A stretch of 52,486 nucleotides of DNA from Minisyncoccota bacterium (GCA_026195275.1 JAPHQU010000008.1:1-52486), one strand, 5' to 3'. Counted from the first letter of the stretch, positions 7,746-16,808 are shown. Translations and numbers: made by a program. The notes: a model not told the origin generated them from the letters alone.

Positions 7746-10156
7746 ACTTGTGCATCGTATTTCTTAAGCTGCCCCCAATTCTTCCCTGCTGCCATATCAA
7801 CCGTAAACACAATGCCTCTGCTCTCCTCTTTCGGGACAATGGTCTCCATAAGTCGCTTGATCTCCGGTGCGATTGTATCAAGGACATCTTTGCGCACCTC
7901 ATACACCAGCTCGTCGTGAACATTCAGAATGAGTCGTACATCATCAAGCATATCGTGCTCGTTAAGATATTCATGAATGCGAATCGTCGCCAACTTCACA
8001 ATATCCGCTTCAGTACCCTGAATTGGTGCGTTGATCGCCATACGCTCAGCGGAAGCACGAACAAAGGGCACTGACGAGGTGATGCCCTCAAAGTACCGTT
8101 TGCGCCCGAAGTATGTCTCGGTATGTCCGGTGCGCGCCGCATGCGCTTTTACACGGTCGAGGTAATGTGCCAAAGTCGAGAAGCGTGTGAAGTAATCGTT
8201 GTAAAACTGTCGTGCTTCAGCAAGTGTTGTTGTATCCTTGCCGAGCGATTGGCGGAGCGCGTTCACACCCATACCGTAGATAATGCCGAAGTTGATTACC
8301 TTTGCCCGACGACGGAGCTCATAGTCGACTTGCTCAGGAGGGACACCAAAAACCTCAGCCGCGACCGCAGTATGGACATCGCCTCCTTCAGCAAAGATAC
8401 GCGTGAGCTTCTCGTCGCCCGAGAGGAACGCTGCAACACGAAGTTCGATCTGCGAGTAATCACACGCGAGTAACACAAAGTCTTTCTCAGCAACGAACGC
8501 GTTGCGAATACGGCGACCGAGCTCGGTTTTGATCGGAATGTTTTGAAGGTTCGGATTTTGCGACGCCATACGCCCGGTCGTGGTTCCTGTTTGCAGGAAC
8601 TCAGCGTGGAGCCGACCATCTTTACCGACCATCTTTGGAATATTGTCGATGTAGGTTGAGAGGAGTTTTTGGATCTCTCGGTAGGCAAGAATGTCTTCAA
8701 TGATCGGGTGAAGCTCGCGCATCTTCTCAAGCTCCGATTCACGAGTCGACTTCTGCCCACCGGAGGTTTTCTTGTGGTTCTTTATTGAAAGGCCGAGCGT
8801 CTCAAAAAGCACTTCACCAAGCTGCTTTGGTGAATTGATATTAAACTCGCCACCGGCGTGTGTGTAAATACGCTTCTCTATCTTGGTGAGCTCTTTATGG
8901 TACTCCTTTGAAAGCTCTTCAAGATATGCGACGTCAACTTTAATACCAACAACTTTCATCTCGTCAGTAATCGGAATAAGCGGCTTTTCGATTTTCTCGT
9001 AGACCTTATCGAGTCCTTCTTCCTTAAGCTGAGTAAAAATGCGCTTGTGCGCAACCTGAAAAGAGTCTGTCTTTGCGAATCGCAACACATCTTCGAGCTC
9101 AGGGTTGGTAATGTCTGATCGTAAGAGCCAAAGTGCAACTGCTGTTTCTTTAAGCTCTTTTGAATCAATCTTCTCATCGTCTGGTTTATCATCTCCTTCC
9201 TCCCCGACGCTCGCCTCTTCATTCCCGGTGTCGGCAAACATACTCCTGAAGCGATCGCGGAGTGTACGAAATGAGAGATCATCGAATAGTTTGAGTGCTT
9301 TATCCGGGTCGAGTCCGTCACGCCACGACTCTTTAGGAAGTGAGAAGGTGATCGGTGTGTCACGCCTAATCTCAGCGAGCATCTTTGAGAAAAGTGCATC
9401 CTCCTCATGCTCTTCAAGAAGCTTTATAATACGCGGCTTAACACCCGCCTTCTCAAATACTTCAGTGTCTTTCTTGAGTTTCTTGTATATGTCTTCAATG
9501 GTGCCAAACGTGGTGATTAGAGTTGTCGCGGTCTTCTCACCAATACCGGGAATACCGATAATATTATCTGACGGGTCACCACGGAGCCCTTTGAAGTCAG
9601 GGATGAGGTCTGAGCCGAAACCGAAACGATCAACTACCGCCTGCTCATCGTAGAGCACGGTGTCTTGGATTCCCTTGCGAAGTGTGTAGACGTACACTCG
9701 ATCCTCCTCAACAAGCTGAAGTGTATCCATATCACCGGAGGCAATGATAATCTCAAGGTCTTTGTTCTTCTTTGTTTGTTCGACAATAGTGCCAAGAATG
9801 TCGTCCGCCTCGTAGCCTGCTTTTTCATATATCGGAATATTGAACGCTTCAAACACATCACGTGAGCGATTGAGCTGATGAACAAGTGCGTCCTCAATCT
9901 CTGCTCGACCCGACTTATACTCTTCGTAGACTCCATGCCGAAATGTCGGCTCAGGAAGGTCGTAGCACGCGACAATGTAGTCAGGCTTCAGCTCCGGGAT
10001 AATCTTCATGAGCATTGCGACCACGCCGTAGAGCGCACCTGTCGGTTCACCGCTCTGAGAAGTAAAGTCGGGCAGTGCGTGGTACGCACGGTGCAAGATG
10101 GCGTGCGCATCGAGAAGCACGAGACGTTCCTTTTTTGATGTTTTCTTTGTCGGCAT
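7742..10156 (-). CDS. polA: DNA polymerase I
   Basis: 804 aa. N-terminal 5' nuclease domain. Polymerase motifs A (LLACDYSQIELRVAA), B (RRRAKVINFGIIYGM) and C (NVHDELVYEV). Confidence 0.95.
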   Translation of the reverse strand: MPTKKTSKKERLVLLDAHAILHRAYHALPDFTSQSGEPTGALYGVVAMLMKIIPELKPDYIVACYDLPEPTFRHGVYEEYKSGRAEIEDALVHQLNRSRDVFEAFNIPIYEKAGYEADDILGTIVEQTKKNKDLEIIIASGDMDTLQLVEEDRVYVYTLRKGIQDTVLYDEQAVVDRFGFGSDLIPDFKGLRGDPSDNIIGIPGIGEKTATTLITTFGTIEDIYKKLKKDTEVFEKAGVKPRIIKLLEEHEEDALFSKMLAEIRRDTPITFSLPKESWRDGLDPDKALKLFDDLSFRTLRDRFRSMFADTGNEEASVGEEGDDKPDDEKIDSKELKETAVALWLLRSDITNPELEDVLRFAKTDSFQVAHKRIFTQLKEEGLDKVYEKIEKPLIPITDEMKVVGIKVDVAYLEELSKEYHKELTKIEKRIYTHAGGEFNINSPKQLGEVLFETLGLSIKNHKKTSGGQKSTRESELEKMRELHPIIEDILAYREIQKLLSTYIDNIPKMVGKDGRLHAEFLQTGTTTGRMASQNPNLQNIPIKTELGRRIRNAFVAEKDFVLLACDYSQIELRVAAFLSGDEKLTRIFAEGGDVHTAVAAEVFGVPPEQVDYELRRRAKVINFGIIYGMGVNALRQSLGKDTTTLAEARQFYNDYFTRFSTLAHYLDRVKAHAARTGHTETYFGRKRYFEGITSSVPFVRASAERMAINAPIQGTEADIVKLATIRIHEYLNEHDMLDDVRLILNVHDELVYEVRKDVLDTIAPEIKRLMETIVPKEESRGIVFTVDMAAGKNWGQLKKYDAQV

Positions 10157-10158
10157 AG

Positions 10159-10599
10159 TTATTCTCTATACGCTATTGTGCGCACCTCTTCGGTCACCAC
10201 TTTAAGGTCAATCTTCTGCGCACTCTCAGGAAGAATGTCTTCAACTTTTCCTGCCCACTCGATGACAATAAGGTTCTCCGGATCACGAACGATATCCTCC
10301 CACCCAAGCTCCATGAGCTCGTGACTATTCTCAAGGCGGTACGCGTCAATATGAATAAGTCGGGCGAAGTGTTGCGTAGTTTTCTTTGGGTCGAGTCGAT
10401 AGATCTTTTCAATCACAAAAGTTGGACTCGTTACCGTCTCCTCAACACCAAGGGTGTGCGCAATAGCCTTGGTGAGTGTGGTCTTCCCCGCGCCAAGGTC
10501 TCCATAAAGCGCGATCACCGCGGCACACTTTTTTACCGTAAGTGAGTCTATAAGTGAACGGGCTTCTTTTTCAAGGTCTTTTTCGGTGAGTTCCGCCAT
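10159..10599 (-). CDS. tsaE: tRNA t6A37 biosynthesis ATPase TsaE
   Basis: 146 aa with the P-loop GDLGAGKTTLTK and SPTFVIE, typical of TsaE/YjeE. Confidence 0.85.
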   Translation of the reverse strand: MAELTEKDLEKEARSLIDSLTVKKCAAVIALYGDLGAGKTTLTKAIAHTLGVEETVTSPTFVIEKIYRLDPKKTTQHFARLIHIDAYRLENSHELMELGWEDIVRDPENLIVIEWAGKVEDILPESAQKIDLKVVTEEVRTIAYRE

Positions 10600-10620
10600 G
10601 ACTCTATTCTACCATTTTAC

Positions 10621-10661
10621 AAAAAAGAAAAACGGGCAGAATCAAACATGATTCTGCCCGT
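10621..10661 (-). terminator. intrinsic terminator downstream of the lipoprotein gene
   Basis: 12-bp stem acgggcagaatc / gattctgcccgt followed on the minus strand by TTTTTCTTTTTT. Confidence 0.75.
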
Positions 10662-10679
10662 CGTTATCTGAGCTGCTGC

Positions 10680-11060
10680 TCAGCGTGTCCCGATATGACC
10701 GCCGACGTGGTAGTGGTAACCACCGTTTCGCGGCATGTACTTCGGGTAGCCGTAGTGCTCACGTTGCCACTTACTTGTGGTCACATAACCGGGGTAGCTC
10801 CGCACCTGGACCACACCGCCAAAGAGGCTCTGAACGCCGTTTGCGCGGCGCGATTCTTCAACGGCCCGTCGCGCATCGACACCAGAAAGTGCCGCTTTGC
10901 CACGACAGTACACCCGCTCACCACCATACGTGGAATTTGAAAAGGTGCAGTCTTGCGAAACCGTATCCGCCACTCGTGGCTGTCCGGTTTGGTTTGTCAC
11001 ACACCCGCTCAGGATAAGCGTGAGTACGACAACAACCAGTGAAATGATCTTTGTCTTCAT
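10680..11060 (-). CDS. hypothetical lipoprotein
   Basis: 126 aa. Signal peptide with the lipobox LILSGC. No family recognised. Confidence 0.6.
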   Translation of the reverse strand: MKTKIISLVVVVLTLILSGCVTNQTGQPRVADTVSQDCTFSNSTYGGERVYCRGKAALSGVDARRAVEESRRANGVQSLFGGVVQVRSYPGYVTTSKWQREHYGYPKYMPRNGGYHYHVGGHIGTR

Positions 11061-11167
11061 GACACACCCTCCTCGGGTCTGTGGCGCACTTTGCGCCTGT
11101 GTTTCATCTAGATGAATTATATCACACAGAATACATGTTTGTCAATGACTCTATACACCCTTTTTGT

Positions 11168-11196
11168 TTGTCGCTGACCCATAAAAAGCTTACAAT
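11168..11196 (+). promoter_or_regulatory. candidate promoter TTGTCG-17-TACAAT
   Basis: 17-nt spacer. The -10 box ends 10 nt before the ATG at 11207. Confidence 0.3.
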
Positions 11197-11206
11197 TAAG
11201 CCATCT

Positions 11207-12901
11207 ATGGCGAGATTCGACGAAGAACAGCAAGAAGAAAAAATTGCAGAGCTCCGCACGCACGAAGAGGAGGAGCTCGCGCGTATTCTCTCAGGAAAAT
11301 ACGGTGTTGAGTACACCGACCTCTCGCAGGTCTCAATCAACACCGACGCACTCCGACTCATTAAAGAAGAGGACGCGCGCAACTTCGAGATTGCCGCATT
11401 TGCAAAAGTTGGCAAGAAAATCTCCGTTGCTGTACGCGCTCCTCAGAAAAAAGAAGTAGGAATCGCCGTGAAGGAACTTGAGCGCCTCGGCTATGAGGTA
11501 ACGCTCTTTATGGTCTCACGCGCGAGCCTTCTGCGCGCCTGGGAGCGATATAAAGAACTCTCGTACTCAGTCGAAACTCGGGCAGGAGTGCTCGATATCT
11601 CAGGTGAGCAGGTTGCAACCTTGATTGAATCACTCTCAAACATTGATGATGTAAAGACAGCAATCAATGAGGTGCTTGAGATGAAAAAAGCATACCGCAT
11701 CTCACGCATCCTTGAGACGATTCTCGCAGGTTCCCTCGCATTGAAAGCGTCAGATATCCATATTGAACCGGAAGAAGAAAACATACGCCTCCGCTACCGC
11801 CTCGACGGGGTGCTTACCGATATTCTCACTTTTGATGAAGCAACCTATCACCTCCTCGCGTCACGCATCAAGCTTCTCTCTGGGTTGAAACTTAATGTGA
11901 AGAATGCCGCTCAAGACGGGCGATTCAGTGTGGAGATCAGCGCTACAGATATTGAGATTCGTTCGTCGATACTTCCCGGTGCATATGGTGAATCAATCGT
12001 ACTTCGCGTGCTTGACCCGCGCACGATTGCGCTCTCTTTCGAAGAGCTTGGTATCCCCAAGAATCTTATGGAAGTCCTTGTGCACGAGATTGACCGCCCA
12101 AACGGTATGGTATTAAACACCGGTCCAACCGGGTCCGGTAAAACAACAACCCTCTACGCATTTCTCAAAGAAGTGCAACAGCCCGGCATTAAGGTAATCA
12201 CCATCGAAAACCCGATTGAGTACCATCTTCCCGGCATCACCCAAACACAGACCGCTGGCGAGAAGTACACATTTGCATCAGGTCTTCGTTCAGCACTCCG
12301 CCAAGACCCCGACATCATTATGGTTGGTGAGATCCGCGACAGTGAAGTGGCCAGTGTTGCAATAAACGCCGCGCTTACCGGACATCTCGTCTTTTCAACT
12401 CTCCACACCAATACCGCCGCTGGTACTTTCCCACGACTTATTGATCTTGGAGTTAATCCAAAGATTATGGGCTCCGCGATCAATGTCACGATGGCACAAC
12501 GTCTCGTGAGACGCCTTAAAGATGATTACAAAAAAGAAGTACCGCTTACCGGAGAGGATAAAAAACATATCGATCGAATTCTTGACTCAATTGTTGATAA
12601 GAGTCTCATACCTGAGAATACGACTACAGTCTATGAACCAACCACTGATTCACCAGAAGCGTATGGTGGGCGCGTCGGTATATTCGAGGCGATCGTTGTT
12701 GATGAAGAAATAGAGCGTCTCATCAAAGAGAGTCCGAGTGAGCGAGAAATCGCACAAGCCGCAACAAAACAAGGGCTCCTCACTATGGCACAAGACGGGG
12801 TTATTAAGGCTTTACAAGGAGTTACTTCTCTTTCAGAATTAAAACGAGTTATTGATTTAGAGGAAAATGGTGCTACTGTAGGAAGTAGGGAGGATGCATA
12901 A
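11207..12901 (+). CDS. pilB: GspE/PilB-family secretion ATPase (type IV pilus assembly ATPase-like)
   Basis: Walker A GPTGSGKTTT, Asp box and Walker B IIMVGEIRD, His box STLHTN, and an N-terminal GspII_E_N-like region. The start was moved to the ATG (MARFDEEQQ). The upstream extension in the ORF track has no support. Confidence 0.85.
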   Translation: MARFDEEQQEEKIAELRTHEEEELARILSGKYGVEYTDLSQVSINTDALRLIKEEDARNFEIAAFAKVGKKISVAVRAPQKKEVGIAVKELERLGYEVTLFMVSRASLLRAWERYKELSYSVETRAGVLDISGEQVATLIESLSNIDDVKTAINEVLEMKKAYRISRILETILAGSLALKASDIHIEPEEENIRLRYRLDGVLTDILTFDEATYHLLASRIKLLSGLKLNVKNAAQDGRFSVEISATDIEIRSSILPGAYGESIVLRVLDPRTIALSFEELGIPKNLMEVLVHEIDRPNGMVLNTGPTGSGKTTTLYAFLKEVQQPGIKVITIENPIEYHLPGITQTQTAGEKYTFASGLRSALRQDPDIIMVGEIRDSEVASVAINAALTGHLVFSTLHTNTAAGTFPRLIDLGVNPKIMGSAINVTMAQRLVRRLKDDYKKEVPLTGEDKKHIDRILDSIVDKSLIPENTTTVYEPTTDSPEAYGGRVGIFEAIVVDEEIERLIKESPSEREIAQAATKQGLLTMAQDGVIKALQGVTSLSELKRVIDLEENGATVGSREDA

Positions 12902-12922
12902 GCACCCTTTTGGGAAAACAAA

Positions 12923-13086
12923 AAATCCCAGTCATAAACCTCTAAACAATGCTTTAGTGGGAACCAAAGCCAGCTATTAGTTTAAGGATAGTAGCAGCGC
13001 TCTGCTCAAAAGAGCAGGACCATTACGTCCTCAACCATATCTCAAAGCGCGTGGCTTAATTGTTTAGAGGTTTATAACGAGGATTT
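12923..13086 (+). other. structured intergenic element (candidate small RNA or MITE-like palindromic unit)
   Basis: 17-bp perfect long-range inverted repeat ATAAACCTCTAAACAAT (12934-12950) / ATTGTTTAGAGGTTTAT (13059-13075), extended by AAATCC/GGATTT. Internal hairpins gcttt..aaagc, ctgctc-aaaa-gagcag and aggac..gtcct. Confidence 0.3.
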
Positions 13087-13135
13087 CTAAGGAACGACCA
13101 TTTGTATGGTTATGCACTCATGCTAACATAAAAGA

Positions 13136-14158
13136 ATGCCTATGTCAACCCCCCACACAGAACCCGCTGAGAATGGAGATCGTGCATTTCTAGACCAGAC
13201 ACTTCGCCCACATATATGGAGTGAGTACATCGGGCAAGAACCGATAAAGAAAAATTTGCATATTTTACTCACCGCAGCACGTGAACGTAAACATCCGCCT
13301 GAGCATATCCTCTTTTATGGGCCCCCGGGGCTCGGAAAAACGACGCTCGCACACCTTATCGCCCGCGAGATGGGTGCACAAATGAAGGTGACCTCAGGCC
13401 CCGCAATTGAGCGCGTGGGTGACCTTGCGTCTATTCTCACCAACCTATCCCCCGGCGATGTGCTCTTTATTGATGAAATCCACCGCCTCAACAAAACTAT
13501 CGAGGAAGTGCTCTACCCTGCTATGGAATCCGGTGCACTCGATATCATCATTGGCAAAGGACCCTCTGCGCGCACTATTCAACTCGAACTTCCGCCATTT
13601 ACACTTATTGCCGCAACAACACGTATTTCTCTCCTCTCTTCCCCGCTTCGCTCGCGCTTCTCTGGTGGGACATTCAGACTTAACTACTACACACAAGAGG
13701 AGGTCGAGAAAATCTTGAACCGCTCAGCTAGCCTACTTGAAGTACTGGTGGACAATAAAGGTATCAGCGAGATCGCAAAACGCAGCCGCTCAACACCGCG
13801 AACTGCAAACTTCCTTCTTAAGCGCTGTCGCGACCTCGCACAGATAAATAAAACAGAACTCAATAAAGAATTGGTTGACGAAGCACTCTCACTCTTAGAG
13901 ATAGACGAGCTTGGGCTCACTCAGGCAGACCGAGACCTGCTCTTAACCATTATCTCTAAGTTTAACGGTGGTCCTGTCGGACTCGGTACTATCGCCGCGG
14001 CGACATCTGAAGAACAAGGAACAATCGAAGAGGTGCACGAACCGTACCTTATCCAGCTCGGACTCCTTGAGCGCACCCCTCGTGGGCGTGTGGTGACCGA
14101 GCGCGCATATGAACACTTTGGTAAAACACCGCCGATACAGAACAATACTCTGTTGTAG
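13136..14158 (+). CDS. ruvB: Holliday junction branch migration DNA helicase RuvB
   Basis: 340 aa. Walker A GPPGLGKTTLA and Walker B LFIDEIHRL, with the typical RuvB C-terminal winged helix. Confidence 0.95.
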   Translation: MPMSTPHTEPAENGDRAFLDQTLRPHIWSEYIGQEPIKKNLHILLTAARERKHPPEHILFYGPPGLGKTTLAHLIAREMGAQMKVTSGPAIERVGDLASILTNLSPGDVLFIDEIHRLNKTIEEVLYPAMESGALDIIIGKGPSARTIQLELPPFTLIAATTRISLLSSPLRSRFSGGTFRLNYYTQEEVEKILNRSASLLEVLVDNKGISEIAKRSRSTPRTANFLLKRCRDLAQINKTELNKELVDEALSLLEIDELGLTQADRDLLLTIISKFNGGPVGLGTIAAATSEEQGTIEEVHEPYLIQLGLLERTPRGRVVTERAYEHFGKTPPIQNNTLL

Positions 14159-14228
14159 ACACACCGTCTTTGCTACAATAACGCCACAAAGGCTATTTCA
14201 CACTTTAAATCTTCTAACCTCTAATCAC

Positions 14229-14768
14229 ATGGCCGGACATAACAAATGGTCTAAGATCAAACATAAAAAAGCAGCAACTGACGCCCAGAAGAGCAAGATC
14301 TTTGGTAAGCACGCGAGTCTCATTGTAATGGAATCACGCAAAGCAGGAGGCGATATTACCTCCCCTGGACTCGTGGCTGCTATTGAACGCGCGAAGAAAG
14401 ACTCGATGCCAAAGGAAAATATTGAACGTGCGGTGGCTAAAGGAAGCGGGTCAGGAGGCGCCGCATTTGAAGAAGTGATTTTTGAAACATTTGGACCGGG
14501 TGGTACTGCTATTCTTATCACCGCGGTGACCGATAACAACAATCGCACTGCGCCGGAGATACGACACATTCTCTCAAAAGCCGGCTACCAGCTCGGCACC
14601 CCGGGTTCAGCAGCTTGGGCTTTTACCAAGACCACTGAAGGGTACACTCCAAGTAGCCCGGTAGAGCTCTCAGATGTAGACGGGGCAAAACTTGCTTCGC
14701 TTATTGAATCACTCGAGGAGCAAGACGATGTGCAGGACATTTACACGACAGCTGACGCTCTCGACTAG
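14229..14768 (+). CDS. yebC: YebC/PmpR-family protein, short form
   Basis: Starts MAGHNKWSKIKHKKAA, the hallmark YebC N-terminus. Only 179 aa, so the middle domain appears to be missing. The upstream extension in the track was rejected. Confidence 0.8.
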   Translation: MAGHNKWSKIKHKKAATDAQKSKIFGKHASLIVMESRKAGGDITSPGLVAAIERAKKDSMPKENIERAVAKGSGSGGAAFEEVIFETFGPGGTAILITAVTDNNNRTAPEIRHILSKAGYQLGTPGSAAWAFTKTTEGYTPSSPVELSDVDGAKLASLIESLEEQDDVQDIYTTADALD

Positions 14769-14777
14769 ATCTCACAT

Positions 14778-15257
14778 ATGCGCATCCTTGCAACAGACCC
14801 CGGGTATGAACGATTAGGTATTGCGATTATTGAAACAGCGACACAAAATAAAGATACTCTACTTTACTCGGACTGTTTCCGCACAAACTCGAAAGATTCT
14901 TTTGAGAAACGTCTTCATATGATTGGAGAAGAGATCGAGCGCTTGATACAAGAGTACACACCGGAGGTGTTTGCGACAGAAAAGCTCTACTTCAGCTCAA
15001 ACAAGACGACGGCTCTCTATGTTGCTGAGGTGCGCGGCGTATCGCGCTATCTTTCAGAAAAATACAAGCTTCGCCAATTTGAATACACACCACTCCAGAT
15101 AAAAAGCGCCGTCACCGGACACGGAAAAAGCGACAAGTCGCAGATTGCTAAGATGACCCATCACCTTATCGACATTAAGAAGGAGTATATGCTTGACGAT
15201 GAGTACGATGCGATTGCGATTGCTCTTACCTGTATCGCAACGGAGCGCATAAAATAA
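14778..15257 (+). CDS. ruvC: crossover junction endodeoxyribonuclease RuvC
   Basis: 159 aa. ILATDPGYERLGIA holds the catalytic Asp, and DEYDAIAIAL lies near the C-terminus. Confidence 0.9.
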   Translation: MRILATDPGYERLGIAIIETATQNKDTLLYSDCFRTNSKDSFEKRLHMIGEEIERLIQEYTPEVFATEKLYFSSNKTTALYVAEVRGVSRYLSEKYKLRQFEYTPLQIKSAVTGHGKSDKSQIAKMTHHLIDIKKEYMLDDEYDAIAIALTCIATERIK

Positions 15258-15279
15258 GTACATTTTGGATATTCACACT

Positions 15280-15288
15280 TTATCCACA
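15280..15288 (+). promoter_or_regulatory. perfect consensus DnaA box TTATCCACA
   Basis: Exact 9-mer in the ruvC / small-ORF intergenic region. Confidence 0.4.
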
Positions 15289-15408
15289 AAAGGATTTCTC
15301 AGCTCTTGAAAAAGAGGTTGTTTTTGGTAAAAATAGGGGGTCATATTTTTGCGTACGCGCGAGATATGAGTTATTGGTCGGTTAGAGGCAAGCAATAATC
15401 GATGCTAT

Positions 15409-15531
15409 ATGATCTATTTCGACGATGAGATGATGTCGGATGACATGGACATGGACGATGATGCGGACATGGACATGGACGATGAAGATATGGGCGTGTC
15501 AGATGACACGGACATGGACGACGAGATGTAA
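15409..15531 (+). CDS. 40-aa Asp/Met-rich small ORF (MIYFDDEMMSDDMDMDDDADMDMDDEDMGVSDDTDMDDEM)
   Basis: ATG..TAA ORF ending 5 nt before a 27-bp palindromic terminator. It contains a 24-nt-period tandem repeat. No obvious Shine-Dalgarno sequence. The antisense frame is a Pro/Cys/His-rich ORF in the track. Confidence 0.3.
   Translation: MIYFDDEMMSDDMDMDDDADMDMDDEDMGVSDDTDMDDEM
15442..15485. repeat. tandem repeat, 2 copies of GACATGGACATGGACGATGA with a 24-nt period
   Basis: Identical 20-mers at 15442-15461 and 15466-15485. Confidence 0.9.
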
Positions 15532-15535
15532 TCAT

Positions 15536-15591
15536 CTCTTCACATAAAAACAAAAACACCCCACGGGGTGTTTTTGTTTTTATGTGAAGAG
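15536..15591. terminator. bidirectional terminator, 27-bp perfect palindrome
   Basis: ctcttcacataaaaacaaaaacacccc / ggggtgtttttgtttttatgtgaagag lies between the small ORF (+) and the tyrS stop (-). Confidence 0.8.
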
Positions 15592-15593
15592 CC

Positions 15594-16808
15594 TTAGTTT
15601 TTTACATTAACAGCTACGAACCGGCGCTTCCCTATTTTGTATGTCCCGTCTTTTATTGGCGCATCCGGGTCGATCTTCTCTCCTGTGTCAGTACGCGTGA
15701 TTGCTCCATCTTTAATAAGTCGATTGAATTCATTTCCTGACTTCACCAATCCTATATCTATAAGTGCATCTTTGAGTACTTCTTTATTTACTCCAGGAGA
15801 TACTTTGACCACATCTATCTCCCCAACCTCTTTCTTTTGGAAGACATTTACAAAACTCTCCTCGGCACTTTTTGCTGCATCTTCTCCGTGGTAGAGTGCG
15901 ACGATTGCATGTGCAAGCTCCATCTTGAAATCACGTGGGTTCTCACCCTTTAACATCGCTTCCTTTATTTCCTCCACACGAGCCATGGGGACGCGTGTAC
16001 AATGGACGAGATATGATTCAATGAGCTCGTCAGGAATACTCATAATCTTGCCGTACATATCTTCAGGAACATCAAGAAGGTTGATGGTATTCCCCCAACT
16101 CGAGCTCATTTTGCGCCCGTCGGTTCCAAGGATAAGGTTGGTAGTAAGAATGTCTTGCGGCTCCTGCCCAAAGCGCTCTTGGAGCTTACGTCCAGCTAAA
16201 AGATTAAACCATTGATCATTGCCTCCAAGTTCAACATCAGCGCGCAGTGCCACTGAATCATACCCCTGCATCAGCGGGTAGAGCATTTCACGAAGTGAGA
16301 CACGCTTCCCTTCATCGAGGCGTTTTTTTATATTTTCACGTGCAATAAAATCAGCGAGTGAGAATTGGTCGGCGTGCTCCCCAATATCGTTATAGCCAAG
16401 CTTAAGCAACCACTCTGAGTTCCGGCGCTGCTCGGCATCTTTAAGGTTAACAACCTTACCAATCTGTGAAAAATAGGTCTGTGCATTCTTTTTTACTTCC
16501 TCTCTACTCAAGAGAGGACGTTCACTCGTCTTATCTGATGTGTCTCCAATCACACCTGTTGTGTCTCCAATAAGCAAAATCACCTTATGTCCAAGGTCTT
16601 GAAAATCTTTGAGTTTCAACAACAAGACCGCACGACCAAGGTGAATATTTGGGCTTGTTGGGTCAATACCAAGCTTAATGCGAAGCCTTTTGCCTGAGAG
16701 AAGCTGCGCTTGTAGATGCTCTTTATCTACAACGTTTGATACACCACGCGATAAAATCTCATTGATCTTTTTCGGGTCTGTATTGATCTTTTTTTGAAGC
16801 GGCCACAT
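15594..16808 (-). CDS. tyrS: tyrosine--tRNA ligase
   Basis: 404 aa. HIGH-like PTSPNIHLGR, KMSKS-like KMSSSWGN, and a C-terminal S4-like RNA-binding domain. Confidence 0.9.
   Translation of the reverse strand: MWPLQKKINTDPKKINEILSRGVSNVVDKEHLQAQLLSGKRLRIKLGIDPTSPNIHLGRAVLLLKLKDFQDLGHKVILLIGDTTGVIGDTSDKTSERPLLSREEVKKNAQTYFSQIGKVVNLKDAEQRRNSEWLLKLGYNDIGEHADQFSLADFIARENIKKRLDEGKRVSLREMLYPLMQGYDSVALRADVELGGNDQWFNLLAGRKLQERFGQEPQDILTTNLILGTDGRKMSSSWGNTINLLDVPEDMYGKIMSIPDELIESYLVHCTRVPMARVEEIKEAMLKGENPRDFKMELAHAIVALYHGEDAAKSAEESFVNVFQKKEVGEIDVVKVSPGVNKEVLKDALIDIGLVKSGNEFNRLIKDGAITRTDTGEKIDPDAPIKDGTYKIGKRRFVAVNVKN

Noticed and set aside
9105-9653. Long antisense or alternative-frame ORFs inside strongly supported genes. 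Examples are 9105-9653 and 8296-8760 in polA, 39390-40232 in pcrA, 43535-44164 and 42745-43347 in comM, 32432-32911 in the VirB6-like gene, 34810-35310 in the 550-aa gene and 4241-4840 in murE.
   Set aside because: They overlap genes with clear family motifs. Their products are low-complexity Ser/Arg/Pro-rich shadow-frame sequences, and they lack start-site signals.
11081-11206. N-terminal 42-aa extension of the PilB ORF. Similar upstream extensions occur in the track ORFs for yebC (14109), rpmH (22477), the 41590 ORF, the 36334-37215 ORF, 36989-37111, 49053-49289 and 48327-48371.
   Set aside because: The extensions have no similarity to the families and overlap neighbouring genes, tRNAs or promoters. 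Internal ATGs coincide with canonical protein N-termini or signal peptides.
15442-15485. Tandem repeats checked as a possible CRISPR array. The 12-mer duplication at 40273-40296 was checked as well.
   Set aside because: Each has only two copies, with no spacers of CRISPR length and no cas genes in the window.
15371-15559. 62-aa Pro/Cys/His-rich ORF (RPCPCH repeats) that looks like a metal-binding peptide.
   Set aside because: Its start codon lies inside the 27-bp terminator palindrome directly downstream of tyrS, and it has no promoter space. It is kept only as the alternative reading of the repeat in the findings.
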